Of a stretch of DNA of 64,000 nucleotides, positions 14,161 to 27,699 are shown piece after piece. Position 1 is the first letter of the stretch. Every line of letters starts with the position of its first letter. The notes under the pieces are model-generated. The model ran no database searches, had not been told where the DNA came from, and saw only the letters and a list, made by a program, of their open reading frames with translations. Location: positions 54,312,001 through 54,376,000 of the forward strand of contig NC_043000.1 in NCBI RefSeq assembly GCF_006345805.1, in the 5' to 3' direction. This stretch comes from Octopus sinensis (taxonomy: Eukaryota). Position numbers and translations under genes: made by a program.

Positions 14161-15333
14161 TCTTTATATATATAAAGCTGAGAATGTGTGTCTGTATGTC
14201 TGTCTGTCTGTCTGTGTGTTTCCCTAAAATTTGAGAACTACACAACCAATTTCATTCAAATTTTACACATGCCTTACTTAGGGTCCAGGGAGTGTCATCG
14301 GCAAAAGAATTTTAAACTTTTTTGCCTAGGGCAAGCCCACAGCAATATCATATCTTCTCCACTACGGTTCCCTAAAGCTTGAGAACTACACAACCAATTC
14401 CATTCAAATTTTACACATGCCTGACTTAGAGTCCATGTAGTTTCATGGGCAAAAACAAATGTTCAACTTCTTGCCTAGAGCGAGCCCATAGCAATATCAT
14501 ATCTTCTCCACTATTTCAGTATTACATGTTAAAAGTGAAACAAAAACGTTTCTCTATTCTATGTCAGATACTTTCACTATAACAATAAAAATAGAATTAT
14601 ATGTAGTAAGTAATAATTAAAATCAAACTAAAGTATAATATAATTGTAACATAACAAAAGTAAAAATAGCAATTGGTATAAAATTGCATCAATGATTTGA
14701 ACTTGAATAAGTGGTTTCACATGAATGGGAATAAATTTAAAATAAAATTAGCGTGCAGAAATGGAATAGTCCAGATGGATAATAAAAAATTAAATTAAAG
14801 AAAAGACTATTGTCTATAAAGTATACAATGTAGAGAAAAAAGAAGATTTGAACACATGGAGGAAAGCACCTTCGAAAAGTGTCTTGGTGCGACTAATCAA
14901 AGGCGGTAAATTCACCACAATAGAAGCAAGGTTTGAGTCAACGGAGCGTGCGAGGGATAACTCGACTCGAACTTGCAAAGTAGAAATATTTTATTTTTAC
15001 CTTTATATCTGGGACGTAGGACGTCCCGGAAAGACATTTGAAATGCCCTTCCCCCATCCCCAGAAGTAGAGGTAGGCTGGATTATAGCCACACTTCTATA
15101 CAAGAGGGAGGACAAGATACAATTGATTGAAATTACAAGAGACGGGCTAACAATTCCAGTCTGTATATATTTTGAGTATTGTTATCACTAGCGATATCAA
15201 GATATAACTTTGTATTTTGTATTTTATGTGTAGATGTATATATATAGATGTACATGTAATATGTGCACATATATATACACATATATACATGCACTAGCAC
15301 TATGACCCGGCAACGACGGGTCTTTAATGCTAG
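14161..15333 (+). mobile_element. Non-autonomous Helitron-like element
   Basis: 5' A|TCTTTATATATATAAAGCTG; 3' hairpin GACCCG-GCAACGA-CGGGTC (15304-15322) followed by CTAG|T (15330-15334); internal 148-bp tandem dimer at 14220-14513. Confidence 0.65.
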
Positions 15334-15464
15334 TATATATAAATATGTATGTATATATATATATTTGTGTGTATATATATATATATATACATGTGCGTCT
15401 GTGTGAATAAATATATGTGTATATAAACGCATATATATATATATATATATATAAATATATATAT

Positions 15465-16303
15465 CAATTAACAAGAATGAAAATAACACTGACATCTCCT
15501 TTTAACAGATATATTTACCAGAATTGCATAAAAATATCTTGAAATACTAAAGAGTAAGTTCATTCAGTAAAATCACCATTGACTTCAACCATGACTTCCG
15601 AACCTTCTGCATCTCTTCTGGAAGGTCTTCTTCATTAAGTTGGTGAATGCTGCCATAATTCTTGTCTTCATTTCATCTATGGTATTACAAGGAATTTTAT
15701 TGGTCTCCCGCTCAAGTGAGCCCCACATATAATAATCAAGGGAGTTGCAGTCTGAGGACTTAGGTGGCCAGATGTTAGGGGTAATGTGGTCACAGAAATT
15801 GTCTGACAGCTATGTCTGGGTTCTCCTGCTTGTGTGGCATGGTGCAGAGTCCTGTTCCCAGACATAGGATCTTCCAGCAGTCACCCTCTTGACCCAGGGC
15901 AGTACTACCTCCTCCAGGCACTTGATGTAGGACTCCATGTTGAGTTTGAGTCTGTGTGGAAAGATAAATGATGGCATAACATCACCATCACTAGTGATCA
16001 CTCAAAAACCATGATTTTGACTGGTTGTTCGATTTTTATCACTCTCGGCATGATTTTTATCGTTTGCGGTATGATTTTTATCACTTTTTCTGTGATGCTT
16101 ATTACTTCTGGCACAAATGCCTAGCAGTACACGATGTTACTTCAAAATTTCTGGCTGATTGAATTACATCATGGTGCTGTTTTTCTCACACATGGTGCCC
16201 AACTGACACTACTATACTGTGTAGTTGACAAAATCAAAAACAAACAACGTGCATGCATGAAAGCAATGCTATAAAATGACAACAATCTACCCATCGCACA
16301 CTG
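15465..16303 (-). mobile_element. Internally deleted Tc1/mariner-superfamily transposon, DD37D (maT-type)
   Basis: Minus strand encodes ..YVWEQDSAPCH..WPPKSSDCNSLDY.. with 37 residues between the second and third catalytic D; terminal TA|CAGTGTGCGATGGG. Confidence 0.8.
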
Positions 16304-16349
<46 letters not shown>

Positions 16350-16419
16350 TATACATATACATATTTATGTACCTACATATGTACGTGCATACGTACATAT
16401 GTATGTATGTATGCATGTA

Positions 16420-17135
16420 TGCATTGCATGGGTTGGATGGTTTGACCAGGGCTGATAAACTAGAAGGCTCCACCAAACTCCAGTCTGATTTGGCATGGTT
16501 CTTCAATGGCGGGATGTTATTCTGAATGCCAACCACTCCAAGTGTGTAATAGGTGCTCTTACATGCCACCAGCATGAGTACCATTTGAGTGATACCAATA
16601 TATGCTACGATAGCGATTTTGCTTGGCTTGTTTAGTCTTCTTCTCAAGCACGACATAATGCCAAATGTTTTGAACTTCACCTTTGTGAGTCTCAACACTT
16701 GAAAGGAACTCAGCAACTTTGCCTCCATGAGGCCCAGTGCTCGAAAGGTGCTCTTTATGTACTACTGGCATTGGTGCCAGTTGCATGACACCAGCAAGAC
16801 TATGGTTTCACTTGTCCATAATTATAATTTCCCTTGGCTTGACAAGTCTTGAACACAGCATATCGCCAAAGGTCTCAGTCACTAGTCGTTACCACTGTGA
16901 GGCTCACAGTTTGAAGATCATGTTTCACTACATTGCCCCATGTCTTCCTGGGTCTACCTCTACCACAGGTTCCTCCACAGAGATCAGCTCTTCTATATGC
17001 AGCTGTCCTCGTCCATATGTATCACATGACCATACCAGCACAGTTGTCTTGCACACCACAACTAATGCCCCTTATACCTAAATATTCTTTCAAGATGCTT
17101 ACACTCTCTTGAACATGTACATTGATATTGTACAT
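16420..17135 (-). mobile_element. RTE-clade LINE 3' fragment (degenerate)
   Basis: Homologous to 53608-54520 (GRGRPRKTW-coding segment and 3' UTR). Confidence 0.75.
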
Positions 17136-17136
17136 C

Positions 17137-18277
17137 ATTTCTAATATTCTGCAGGACCATATCTATCCATGAGGAAGTATTACCATGCTTAGAAATATTT
17201 GATGATTGGTGACATGAAGGGCATCCAGCCATAAAAAATCTGCCTGAAATAAAGCTCTGATCAACCCATGAAACCATGGTAAAGTAGATATGAAATGATA
17301 ATTAAATGATGTGTGTGTATGTGTGTGTGAGTAATACATCTTTTTTTGTACCTCGTTTTGTTCCAGTTATTTGACTGTGGTCATGCTTTGGCATTACCTT
17401 GAAGGGTTTTAGTGAAATGAATAAATCCCAGAACATTTTTTCCTTTTCTGAAACTTGGTATTTTTACTATCAATCTCTTCTGTTGAAATTCTATGTTATG
17501 TTGGCGTAAAGAAATCAACTTCGTTATTAAGCAGTGATAGGGGACAAACACATGCTCAAAAACACACACTTATATATTATATATATGAGAGGTATCATTC
17601 AGATTTCGGCTACCAAAACCACTCACAAGGCTTTGGTCAGCCTGAGGCTATAGTAGAAAACACTTGTCTTAAGTGCCATGCACTGGGACTTAATCTGGAA
17701 ACAAGTGGTTGGGAAGCAAGCTTCTTACCACACAGCTCCTTTTATGTGTGTGTGTGTGTGTGTTTATATTTTTGTATACCTATATCTGTTTATATAAACA
17801 TACATCCACATATATGTACATAATTATGTCTTTCTATCTACCATCATCTTCATTTAACGTCTCACTTCCATGCGTTTGTCCCCCACCACTGCTTAATAAC
17901 GAAGTTGATTTCCTTACACCCCCCATAACATAGAAGTTCAGCAGAAGAGATTGATAGAATAAATACCAAGCTTCAGAAAAGAAAAAAGATGTTCTGGGGT
18001 TTATTCATTTCACTAAAACCCTTTAAGGTGATACCAAAGCAAATAACGGAAACAAAACGAGGTACAAAAAAAGATGTATTACTCACACACACATACACAC
18101 ACATCATTTAATTATCATTTCATATCTACTTTCCCATGGTTTCATAGGTTGATCAGAGTTTTTATTTCAGGCAGATTTTTTATGGCTAGATGCCCTTCAT
18201 GTCACCAATCATCAAATATTTCTAAGCATGGTAATACTTCTTCATGGATAGATATGATCCTGCAGAATATTAGAAAT
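17137..18277. repeat. Local inverted duplication, arms 17137-17551 / 17872-18277
   Basis: About 410-bp arms are reverse complements and span junctions between unrelated repeats. Confidence 0.85.
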
Positions 18278-18964
18278 TACTGACACCACTTTCATGGCAA
18301 GCCAGAGAGCTGCACAAGGCTGCAGTTGTCTGTTTATGTATGGTTTCTATGACTGGGAGCCCATCCTAAAGCCAACCATTTTAGAGAGTGTACAGGGCTC
18401 ATTCTATGTGGCACCAACGTGTGTTTATGTATGTATGTATGCATGTATGTATGCATGTATGTTTGTATGTAGGTAGGTAGGTATCTAGGCAGGTAGGTAG
18501 ATAGGTAGGTAGGCAGATAAGTAGGCAGGTAAGTAGGTAGGCAGTCAATTAGGTACATGTAACATATATTGTCTGTTCAGTGTAAAAAGTAGATAGTAAA
18601 TACATTCAACAGCTTTTACGTCATTTGTGAAAAGGATAAATCCTCCCTAAATACGTTTGTGTATAGTACCAAGATATCTATATAATGATGCTAAAATTAC
18701 TGCATGTGTTTAGTAAATACATTTTCCAAAAGTTACTTCATGCAATACATACATTCTGAAGCAGAAAAATAAAATGAATAAACCATGTAAATAACTCGAC
18801 ATGTATAGAAATTAGTAGAGTCTGCTTAAACTAATTTATTGCTAACATAATTAACATCATGAACACCTTTCTCAACATATTAAAGCATCGTTTTCCTTCC
18901 TTGGCCAAGTATTGCTTCATTCTCATACTGCTTTTTGATATACATATACGCAAACAAACATCTA

Positions 18965-19272
18965 TGTGGAGGCACATGACCTAGTGGTTAGAGCAGCAGA
19001 CTCGTGGTTGAGGGATTGTGGGTTTGAATCTCAGACCGGGTGATGTGTGTGTTTATGAGTGAAACACCTAAGCTCCATGCAGCTCTGGCAGAAGGTAATG
19101 GCGAACTTCTGCTGACTCTTTCACCACAACTTTCTTTCGCTCTTTCCTCCTGCATCGTGCAGCTCACCTGTGATGGACTGGCATTCCATCCATATGGGGA
19201 ACCTATACACCAAAGAAACTGGGAAACTGGCCCTTATGAGCCAGGCATGGCTTGAGAAGGAACAAAACAACA
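18965..19272 (+). mobile_element. tRNA-derived SINE family C
   Basis: GGAGGCACATGACCTAGTGGTTAGAGCAG..GGGTTTGAATCTC head; (AAC)n-like tail. Confidence 0.75.
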
Positions 19273-19540
19273 AAGAAAAAAATAAATATCAACTAATTTC
19301 TTGTTTTTGTAAGTTAAATACTTCACATGTAGCATGTAACAGGACATGTATATATCCTGCTAGAACTGTAATGATAATACTGGCTTCAAACTTATTTTAT
19401 CAACCTCAAATTGATGAAAGACAAAGTCGACCCCGACAGAATTTTAACTCAGAGCACAAAAATAGTCAAAATGCCACTAAACATATTGCCTACTGGGCAA
19501 ACGATTCTAATCTTGGAATGTGATAGAATCTGTGTACTGC

Positions 19541-22500
19541 TATCACTGGCTGCTGTTTTTCAAAGATATGTCAACAACAACATTTGTAAGATATAAACAG
19601 GCCATATTCACTTGATGTACATGATAGGCAGAGACACAAACTATGAAATATCTAAGCTGTAAATCTTGAATGTCTACAAGAATTGTATTGATTTCTTTTT
19701 CACAGTAAAGTATTAAAAAAAATTACCTGGAATGTATGATGAACTTTTTGACCAGGACCCCAAAAGTGTGACGTGCATGAAATTGAACAAATTAACTTTC
19801 TTCATGTTAATTCTACTGAATTTCTGTTAATTATTAATTCCTCTGCATTTCTCTAGTGTGGCATAAAAAGCTTCATATAGTATTCATTTACACTGACCTT
19901 GAAATTTAAAAAATGCTAATGAGTTTGGTGGACAGAAATGTCTATGGTCACAGTTCTCATTTACCTGGTAAAATGAACATGACAAAAGTGGATGTAACAT
20001 TTTCAAGACCAATATTTTCTGTATCTTCTGAATAGTGTAGGTCTTGAATAAATTGTTTCAATATTGATACCTGGTCAAAAATGGACCATTTCAACATACT
20101 TTCACAGGTATATAGTGGTTCTCTGGACCATTCTAATAATTTTAGAAAACCTGCTTTGGTTTAAGTTTCAGCCGAATGATCCATGTAAAGGTATTTTTGT
20201 TATGATACCACAGCAAGTTTGAAAATTTGGAATAACTTTAAAGAGAAATTGTTTCGAAATTAAAGTCATGTAAATGGCCTCATATATACTCATTCTATAG
20301 CATATCTGGTTGATTCTTGAAAAGTATCCTATACTCCAGACTTAAGTGTTTGAATAAGTTTATAAACATCTGAAATCAAAAGCTTTTCTGCATTAGATCT
20401 GTTGTCACCTATTGGTGAGGTACAAGTCCAAGAATTTAATTTTGAATATATAAATTAAAGAATAATTGTCAAAAGTACTTAGATGTTCAAGCAATAACTT
20501 TATCAGATAAATTCATATTCATTTTTTCTTTCCATTTGGTACTCCATTGTTCTATGTTTGAGAGGATTTAAAATTTATTCAAATTTCAAAAATGATAAGC
20601 AAAAGTTACAGAGGAAGAAAAGAGTCCCCAAATCCCATAAAACACACTGGTAGGAGTCATCATCATCATCGTTTAATGTCTGTTTTCTATGCTAGCTTGG
20701 GTTGAACGGTTTGACCGGGGTCTGGGAACGGTTTGACCAGGCTCCAGTCTGATCTGGCAGAGTTTCTACAGCTTGATGCCCTTCCTAACGCCAACCATTC
20801 CATGAGTGTAGTGGGTGCTTTTTATATGCCTCCAGCACAGGTGCCAGGGGAGGCTAGCAATGTCCACGATCAGTTGGTGCTTTTTACGTGCCACCGGCAC
20901 AGAAGACGGTCAAAGCATCACTGGCATCTGCCACGTTCAGATGGTGCTTTTTACATGCCACCGTCACAGGTATCCCAACTATAATTTCCATTTGATTTTT
21001 TGATGTTGATGTACTTGACTCAATAGGTCTCCTCAAGCACAGCAGAAGGTCTCCTCAAACACATATCAGTTCATATAACACTGGAAAGTATTAAGACACT
21101 CAAGAGACTTTGAAAATTCATGTCTTCAGTGGATGCAAATCTAATGAGTGGAATAAGTAAAAAATAAAAAAATAAATTCCACTATTGTATGCCCAGGCAA
21201 CAAGCAGGACTGTTTCCAAGAATGTGAGCCTTTTTAAATTGAAAGGATTTTGCCTGTGTTATTCAAGATTTTAAAACTATAGTAAAACATTTCATTAAAT
21301 TCTCATAAACATATTGTGCAGAATGTTATGATTTTGCTTCAGTGGCATTCTTTCTTTCAATAAATCAGTCTTTCGTATTTGTAACCATGCATATACCATG
21401 AATACCTGGTGTTCAGATAGTTTAGGCAGTGTTGAAAAACAGGTATTCAATAACACATCTTTAAAGTTCAAATATGTATCATGTGTGTGTATGTACATTG
21501 ATATAAATATGCATATCAGTTTATACATATATGCATGCATATATATATGTGTGAGTGTGTCCGTGTGTGTGTGTGTATATGTATATGTGTATATACGCAC
21601 ACATATGATTCAATTTGAAGAGCAAGCAAAATGGATGGATTCTGCATGTACAAACACTTACATATACATATGCTTATACATACATATATATATATGTGTG
21701 TGTGTGTGTATGTATATATATATACATACATGTATATATATATGCATATATATATATATATATATATATACTTATATACATATATATATGTTTATATATA
21801 TGTATGTATATATATGTATACATATGTACATATGAATGTGTGTATATCTGTGTATGTATTTATGCATTATGTGTACATAACTTAATACAAGTATGCAAAA
21901 CATCCTCCATTAAATTGATATTTGCTGAGAAAAACTTGTGAATTTTTAATAAAAAGTTTTTTTTTTATCGAAGTCAGGCAAAAATTGAGAAAGACACGAA
22001 ATATTATTGGCAATTGCCAACATCAGAGAACACTGAGGAAATTCAACAAATCTCTCTCATAAGTGTGTATATAATATATATATGTATGTGTGTGTGTGTA
22101 ATATGTAAATACGTACGCCTGTGTGTTTGTGTTTGTGTTTTATTGTGTAGTGTGTGCATACAGATATGTTGATAAATAGATGGGTTGACAGATAAATAGT
22201 TGTGCCTGCTTTTGCTGCTGTATTAATTTCATCCCAAGGAATATTTTCATATAACTCTGTTGTAAGCTTCAAAGACAAATGTTAATTTATTTAAACTTAC
22301 AAAAGTGTCCAGGATTCAAATATTTCTAAAATGTTTTATAACTGGCCTTCTGATGCTAAATTTGAATAATTTTCCTTCAAATTTTTTATGTTGTTTATAG
22401 ATGTCGACTGATTTTGGAAAATAATGACCTGTGAACATTGCCTTGTTGTTACACATTAAGGATTATTTCTATGACACATAGCATTTTCTATTCATTCATT

Positions 22501-25400
22501 GATTTATTAGATAGAATGGTTATATTGTATTAGATTATCTGTTATTCTGTGCTTATGCTTATTATAGTATATCTTACATGGCTTCAAAAATTGAACAACA
22601 CTAATGGAGGGATAAAGCTTTCATGGGGTATAATTGAAGATATTTGTCCATTTATTACTTTATGTAATTTAGAGGGGACTGAACCCAGTATTCAGTCTAA
22701 AAGTAGATACTTCTGTTGCCAAAATATTCTTTAACCTCCTACACAAAATGTTCCACATACATCAAATACCATAAAGTTATTCATGGAAAATATGTTATCT
22801 TCAAAATTCTAGCAAAATTCTAGGCATAGGAGTGGCTGTGTGGTAAGTAGCTTGCTTACTTTCGGTTACCCAAAATGCAACACTAGTTGGTCTGGACTGT
22901 TACAGTGACAGGATGTGAGTTTTTTTGGGCTCTGTGAATAGAAAAAAGAACAAAAAGAAAATTGTCAATTATGGCTCGCTATAGTGAGCAAAATACTGGG
23001 TTCTCATGACCGTAATGGTGAATTGAGAAGTTTTGCTTGAAAATTCTTTTTGTAAATTCTAGTGGGCGTATATCGCCAGAAAAAGTATAATTTTTCCAAA
23101 CTTCAAGAACTTCCCTGTCTGTGCTATTTGTGATGTTTTTCTTTTACTTTTCCCTTCTTCTATTTTTTCTTTCTTTCTAAATTTTGTTTCATTCTTTTCA
23201 TTACTTTAATTTCAGTTTCCTTTCCTCCTCTTTTATTTTGTTTTATTTTTATTCGGTTTAATTTTTAGGCAGACAGTCTTTTGAACTGTTTTTTAACATG
23301 GCAGAGAAGGAACTTAAAAAGAAAAACTCTGTCTTAGGATGGGAAATTAACCCGCCTAAGCAGTGGTTAAAAGATATGGAGCAGAAGACGGTGGTGCTTA
23401 AAACTTATTCTAAAGTTCTTAATTCCATCACCGTCTTCCCAAAAGAAGTTATAAAAAATGAACTTAAAGACTATTTGTCCTCTTTAAAATATATATCCTG
23501 TGGTGTCAAACATGCAACCATATGGTTGCTGATTGACAATGGGGAAAAAGCTCGCCAGTTTGCGAGTCAGCCTTTAGAAGGCAAGGAAATTCTGTTCCTC
23601 CCGTCATATTGCGGGAGGAAATTAATAAGAGCCTGGGTATGTGGGTTGCTCCCAGGCACCGAAGCGGATTGGATTGAAGATACCATCCGACGGGGACTGG
23701 GGGATGGCAGGCCCAGGCTCTTTAAATGTAAGGGTATTGCTGGTAGCCGATTGGGAAGGGTCAAAAGCGATTTTGACCCTGTGGATCCCATCGGCCGCAA
23801 CAGATCTGTTTTTTCCAGATATCTTGAAAATGGCTGGCTGCAGATATCTGGTGATACTTGAGGGACGCTGCCCTCCCCCCAAGTGTCACTTGTGCCTCCA
23901 GCCAGATCACATTAAGAGAAACTGCCCCAAGGACCATGGTAAGGTCCTGGAACAGTCATTAGATGCCACCTCCCCTACCCGGACAAAGAGAGAGGTGGAT
24001 GTGGTCGAGGAGGCTTCAGCCTCCTCAACTCAGAAAGGATTAGAAAGGAAGAAGGCTTTGGGAGGCGGGGGAGAGTCTCCGGAAAAAGCGGAAGAGCTCC
24101 ACTCTCCTGAAGTCAGGAAGAAAAGAAAAAAAAGAAGGCAGAAGAACAGGTCATTTCAGCGGGGAGATGATGTGCTGTCTGCATGTTCCGAAGTTGTGCC
24201 ACCCACAGTGGAAGAAACCACCCCCACCCTTAAAGATGATCAATTAATTATCTTTTTCTATAAGGGCAGGGAGTTGGAAAAATAGTAGAAGAACATAAAG
24301 AGACAGTAGATATGCCCTTCACACGGGATCCCGAATGGCCTCCGCAGATAGCTGTGGAGGTCATAAGCTTTGCCTTGTGGGAAAGGCTTAAAGGATTTGG
24401 GGAGGAGTGTCGCATGTAGCTGGGTGGCCCTTACACGACTTACATGGGAAATGGCGGGATACAGGAACTCAAGCGGCATTGAAGATAATGAATATATTGA
24501 TGGATATATCGAAGTGTAGGAGGTGATAGACCCTCGTTATAGGGTTTGAAACCTCATCTTATTGTATTATTTATTTGTAGTGGTTTATAACCTCAATTGT
24601 GTGTTTGTTTAAAAAAAACATGTTAAGTAAGAGGTTTTAGTGCCTCCTTCTTGTAAGAGGTTTGAAACCTCATATTGATTTTTTAAAAAGAGAAAATATG
24701 TTTTCGAGAAAAACCCAATTGGCTGGTGTTGGGTTTCGTCTCTCATTTATTCATTCTATTTCATTTTCATTCATTAATGTGTTTGTCCAGCCCGCAAAGC
24801 TACACACTCTTTGTACCGTCTATGATGACAAATTTTATGAAATAAAGTAGCTTGCTTCCCAACTACATGGTTCCGGGTTCAGTCGCACTGTGTGGCATCT
24901 TGGGCAAGTGTCTTCTCTTATAGCCTTGGGCCAACCAAAGCCTTGTGACTGGATAATAATAATAATAATCATAATTAAAACAGATAAGTAATACATAAAA
25001 GTTAGAGAACCAAATGTACCCTAGAAAGAGGAGTCAACAAATGTACCCTTTGCTAGAAAGAGGAGACAACACTCCAAAGCCACAAATTACTCATTATAAA
25101 TAAACACTCATAGTTAAGGCAGAGAATATAAGAAATATAGCCCTTACCTTTGCAAAACTACAGACATCTCAGTATCAACTGATTTCAGTTTTTGTGCCAA
25201 AAGCACTTTGGTGAAACCAATTGATACTTATCTGTTTGTACTTTTCTTTGTATTTTTGCAAAGGTAAGGGCTATATTTCTTATATTTTCTGCCTTAAGTG
25301 TGCGTGTTTATTTATAGCAAGAAATTTGTGGCTTTAGTTTGTTGACTCCTCTTTCTAGCAAAGGTGGCATATTTGGCACCCTAATTTATATAAATATATA

Positions 25401-25468
<68 letters not shown>

Positions 25469-26954
25469 CAGGGGTTGTACAAAATAATGGAAACACCTTA
25501 AAATTTCAAACAAATTTATTTTAAAATGGGGTAGGACCACCTTTGGCAGTAATTACAGCTTGAATTTCATGAGGTATGAACTCATACAAAGTTTGAATTG
25601 TTTTGAAGGGAACTTTTTGTCCATTCTTTAGCTAAAACATTCTCCAGTTATTGTTGTAATGGCGGTGGAGGATATCAACTCCTGATTTGTTTTTCTAACA
25701 TGCACCATAAATGTTCAATAATATTGCGATCTTGGGACTGTGGTGGCCAGATAAGACGTTCAACTTCACTAGAATGTTCCTCATGCCATTAAGTAACCCA
25801 CACATCTTATGAATTTTTATTTACAGGAATTTTCCTGATGACTAAATAAAATAAAATTTATCTTTATTTTGGATTACAAGATATTTCTAACATATATAAG
25901 GAGCAGGGGAAAAGAAAACCGGAATATTTTCTAATACAAATGGTAATGTGTCTTTCTGTCGTACAAAATGTTTCTGGAAGAAATTCAAAGAACTCCGCAA
26001 GAGCGCCACTTACAATCTAGATCTCATAAACAATTTGTCTTGGATAAATTAGATGTCTCCATATTCTTAGCATGGATTCTTCAACGATATGACTTCAATA
26101 AATTAAAATTTGTATCTGACAAAAACTATCAAGATTTGTCTGTGTTATCCAATAGGCTGTGTCAGCTGAGTTTGGTGTATGGTGGAAATCTGGTAATATC
26201 TATCAATAAGTTTAGTATGCAACGGTTATTTGTAAAAAGTGTCTGTTTCTACTTTAAGGTTAATTTTTTTAATCAGTATATTTAAGAATGGAAGCTCCTT
26301 TTGGTTGTACTCCATTGTGAACTGTATAGTTGGGTTGATGCTGTTCAATACGTTTTTGAATTTTAGGAGTTTATCTGTGTTATCACTCAGATGCACTCTG
26401 CATCAACAACAGATTGCATTCCCAGAATACAGAATGATACCCTTTAGTGAGCATATTGAGAAATGCGCAAAGCAACTACTACCACAATTTTTAATCTTTC
26501 CATTCTATCAATGTGCTATTGGAACACCAACACAAATTAGATTAAACAAGGAAGCATTCTTCATTGAAAAATATAAGCCTGAACTTAACCATCCTAACAT
26601 TCTTATACATAGAAACTCATTTCATTAAAAAAAGGGAAAATAAATATAAAGCGATTATCTCCCTTATACCGGAAGAAATTGCGTATTACCTCCCCCTGCC
26701 TGGAACTCTTCTTTGCACTGCATAACGAAGACATGACACGATGTAGGTAAAGACATTTGAGAAGTTTGAAAAGTTAACATGAAACCGGTAATTTCTTCAA
26801 AAACTATGTTACTATATGCAAAATTTTATAACATTCTTCTAACATAACGACTTAAATATATTCTTTAACCTTATAAAACAAGCCTTCTGTAGTTTTTCAC
26901 TCTTTTCTATTTTATATATATCCAACCACGTGCTTTCGCACACCAACTTTCTCA

Positions 26955-26996
<42 letters not shown>

Positions 26997-27659
26997 GTAT
27001 ATATAAATAATAGATATATGTATATATATATATATATATTATATATATATATATATGTATATATAAATAAATATATATATGTATATATATATTTAAAAAA
27101 GGAGATGTGGAACACGAGTTGTGATATATAAAAAAAGGAAATGAAGAAAATGCTGACAAAATAATTTAAGTAAGGGAGAGTGTATTTAATTAGGTGAAAG
27201 TTCTTTTTACCGGTTGCGCATTTGTTATGCTTATCAAAAGATATTTTTTTAAGAGAGATAGAGTTCCTTTCTGATAGATTTTTTTTCTCTTAGCAGATAA
27301 GAGGAAAAAATCTATCAGAAAAAATATCTTTTGATAAGCATAACAAATGCGCAACCGGTAAAAAGAACTTTCACCTAATTAAATACACTCTCCCTTACTT
27401 AAATTATTTTGTCAGCATTTTCTTCATTTCCTTTTTTTATATGTATATATATATATATATATATAGATATATATATATATATATGTATATATAAATAAAT
27501 AAATAAATAATATATATATATATATTATATATATATATATATGTATATATAATAAATAAATAAATATATATATATATATATTATATATATGTATATATAA
27601 ATAAATATATATATATATATTATATATATATATATATATATGTATATATAAATAAATAA

Positions 27660-27699
<40 letters not shown>

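Larger units (their letters stand above)
22823..24952 (+). mobile_element. SINE family A head split by a 2-kb insertion
   Basis: Head at 22823-22857 resumes at 24845 (AAGTAGCTTGCTTCCCAACTACATGGTTCCGGGTTCAGTC). Confidence 0.85.

Noticed and set aside
18965-19040. tRNA-like heads of SINEs as tRNA genes
   Set aside because: They run into SINE bodies and lack a full cloverleaf or terminator; no genuine tRNA or rRNA gene was identified.
20108-20190. Plus-strand exon candidate [27 protein letters not shown]
   Set aside because: Plausible splice sites but no recognisable homology; adjacent to the better-chained minus-strand candidate.
25165-25235. AGTATCAA/TTGATACT helix enclosing CUGAUUU..GAAA
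   Set aside because: G8, A9 and the cleavage site are lost; a possible relic only.
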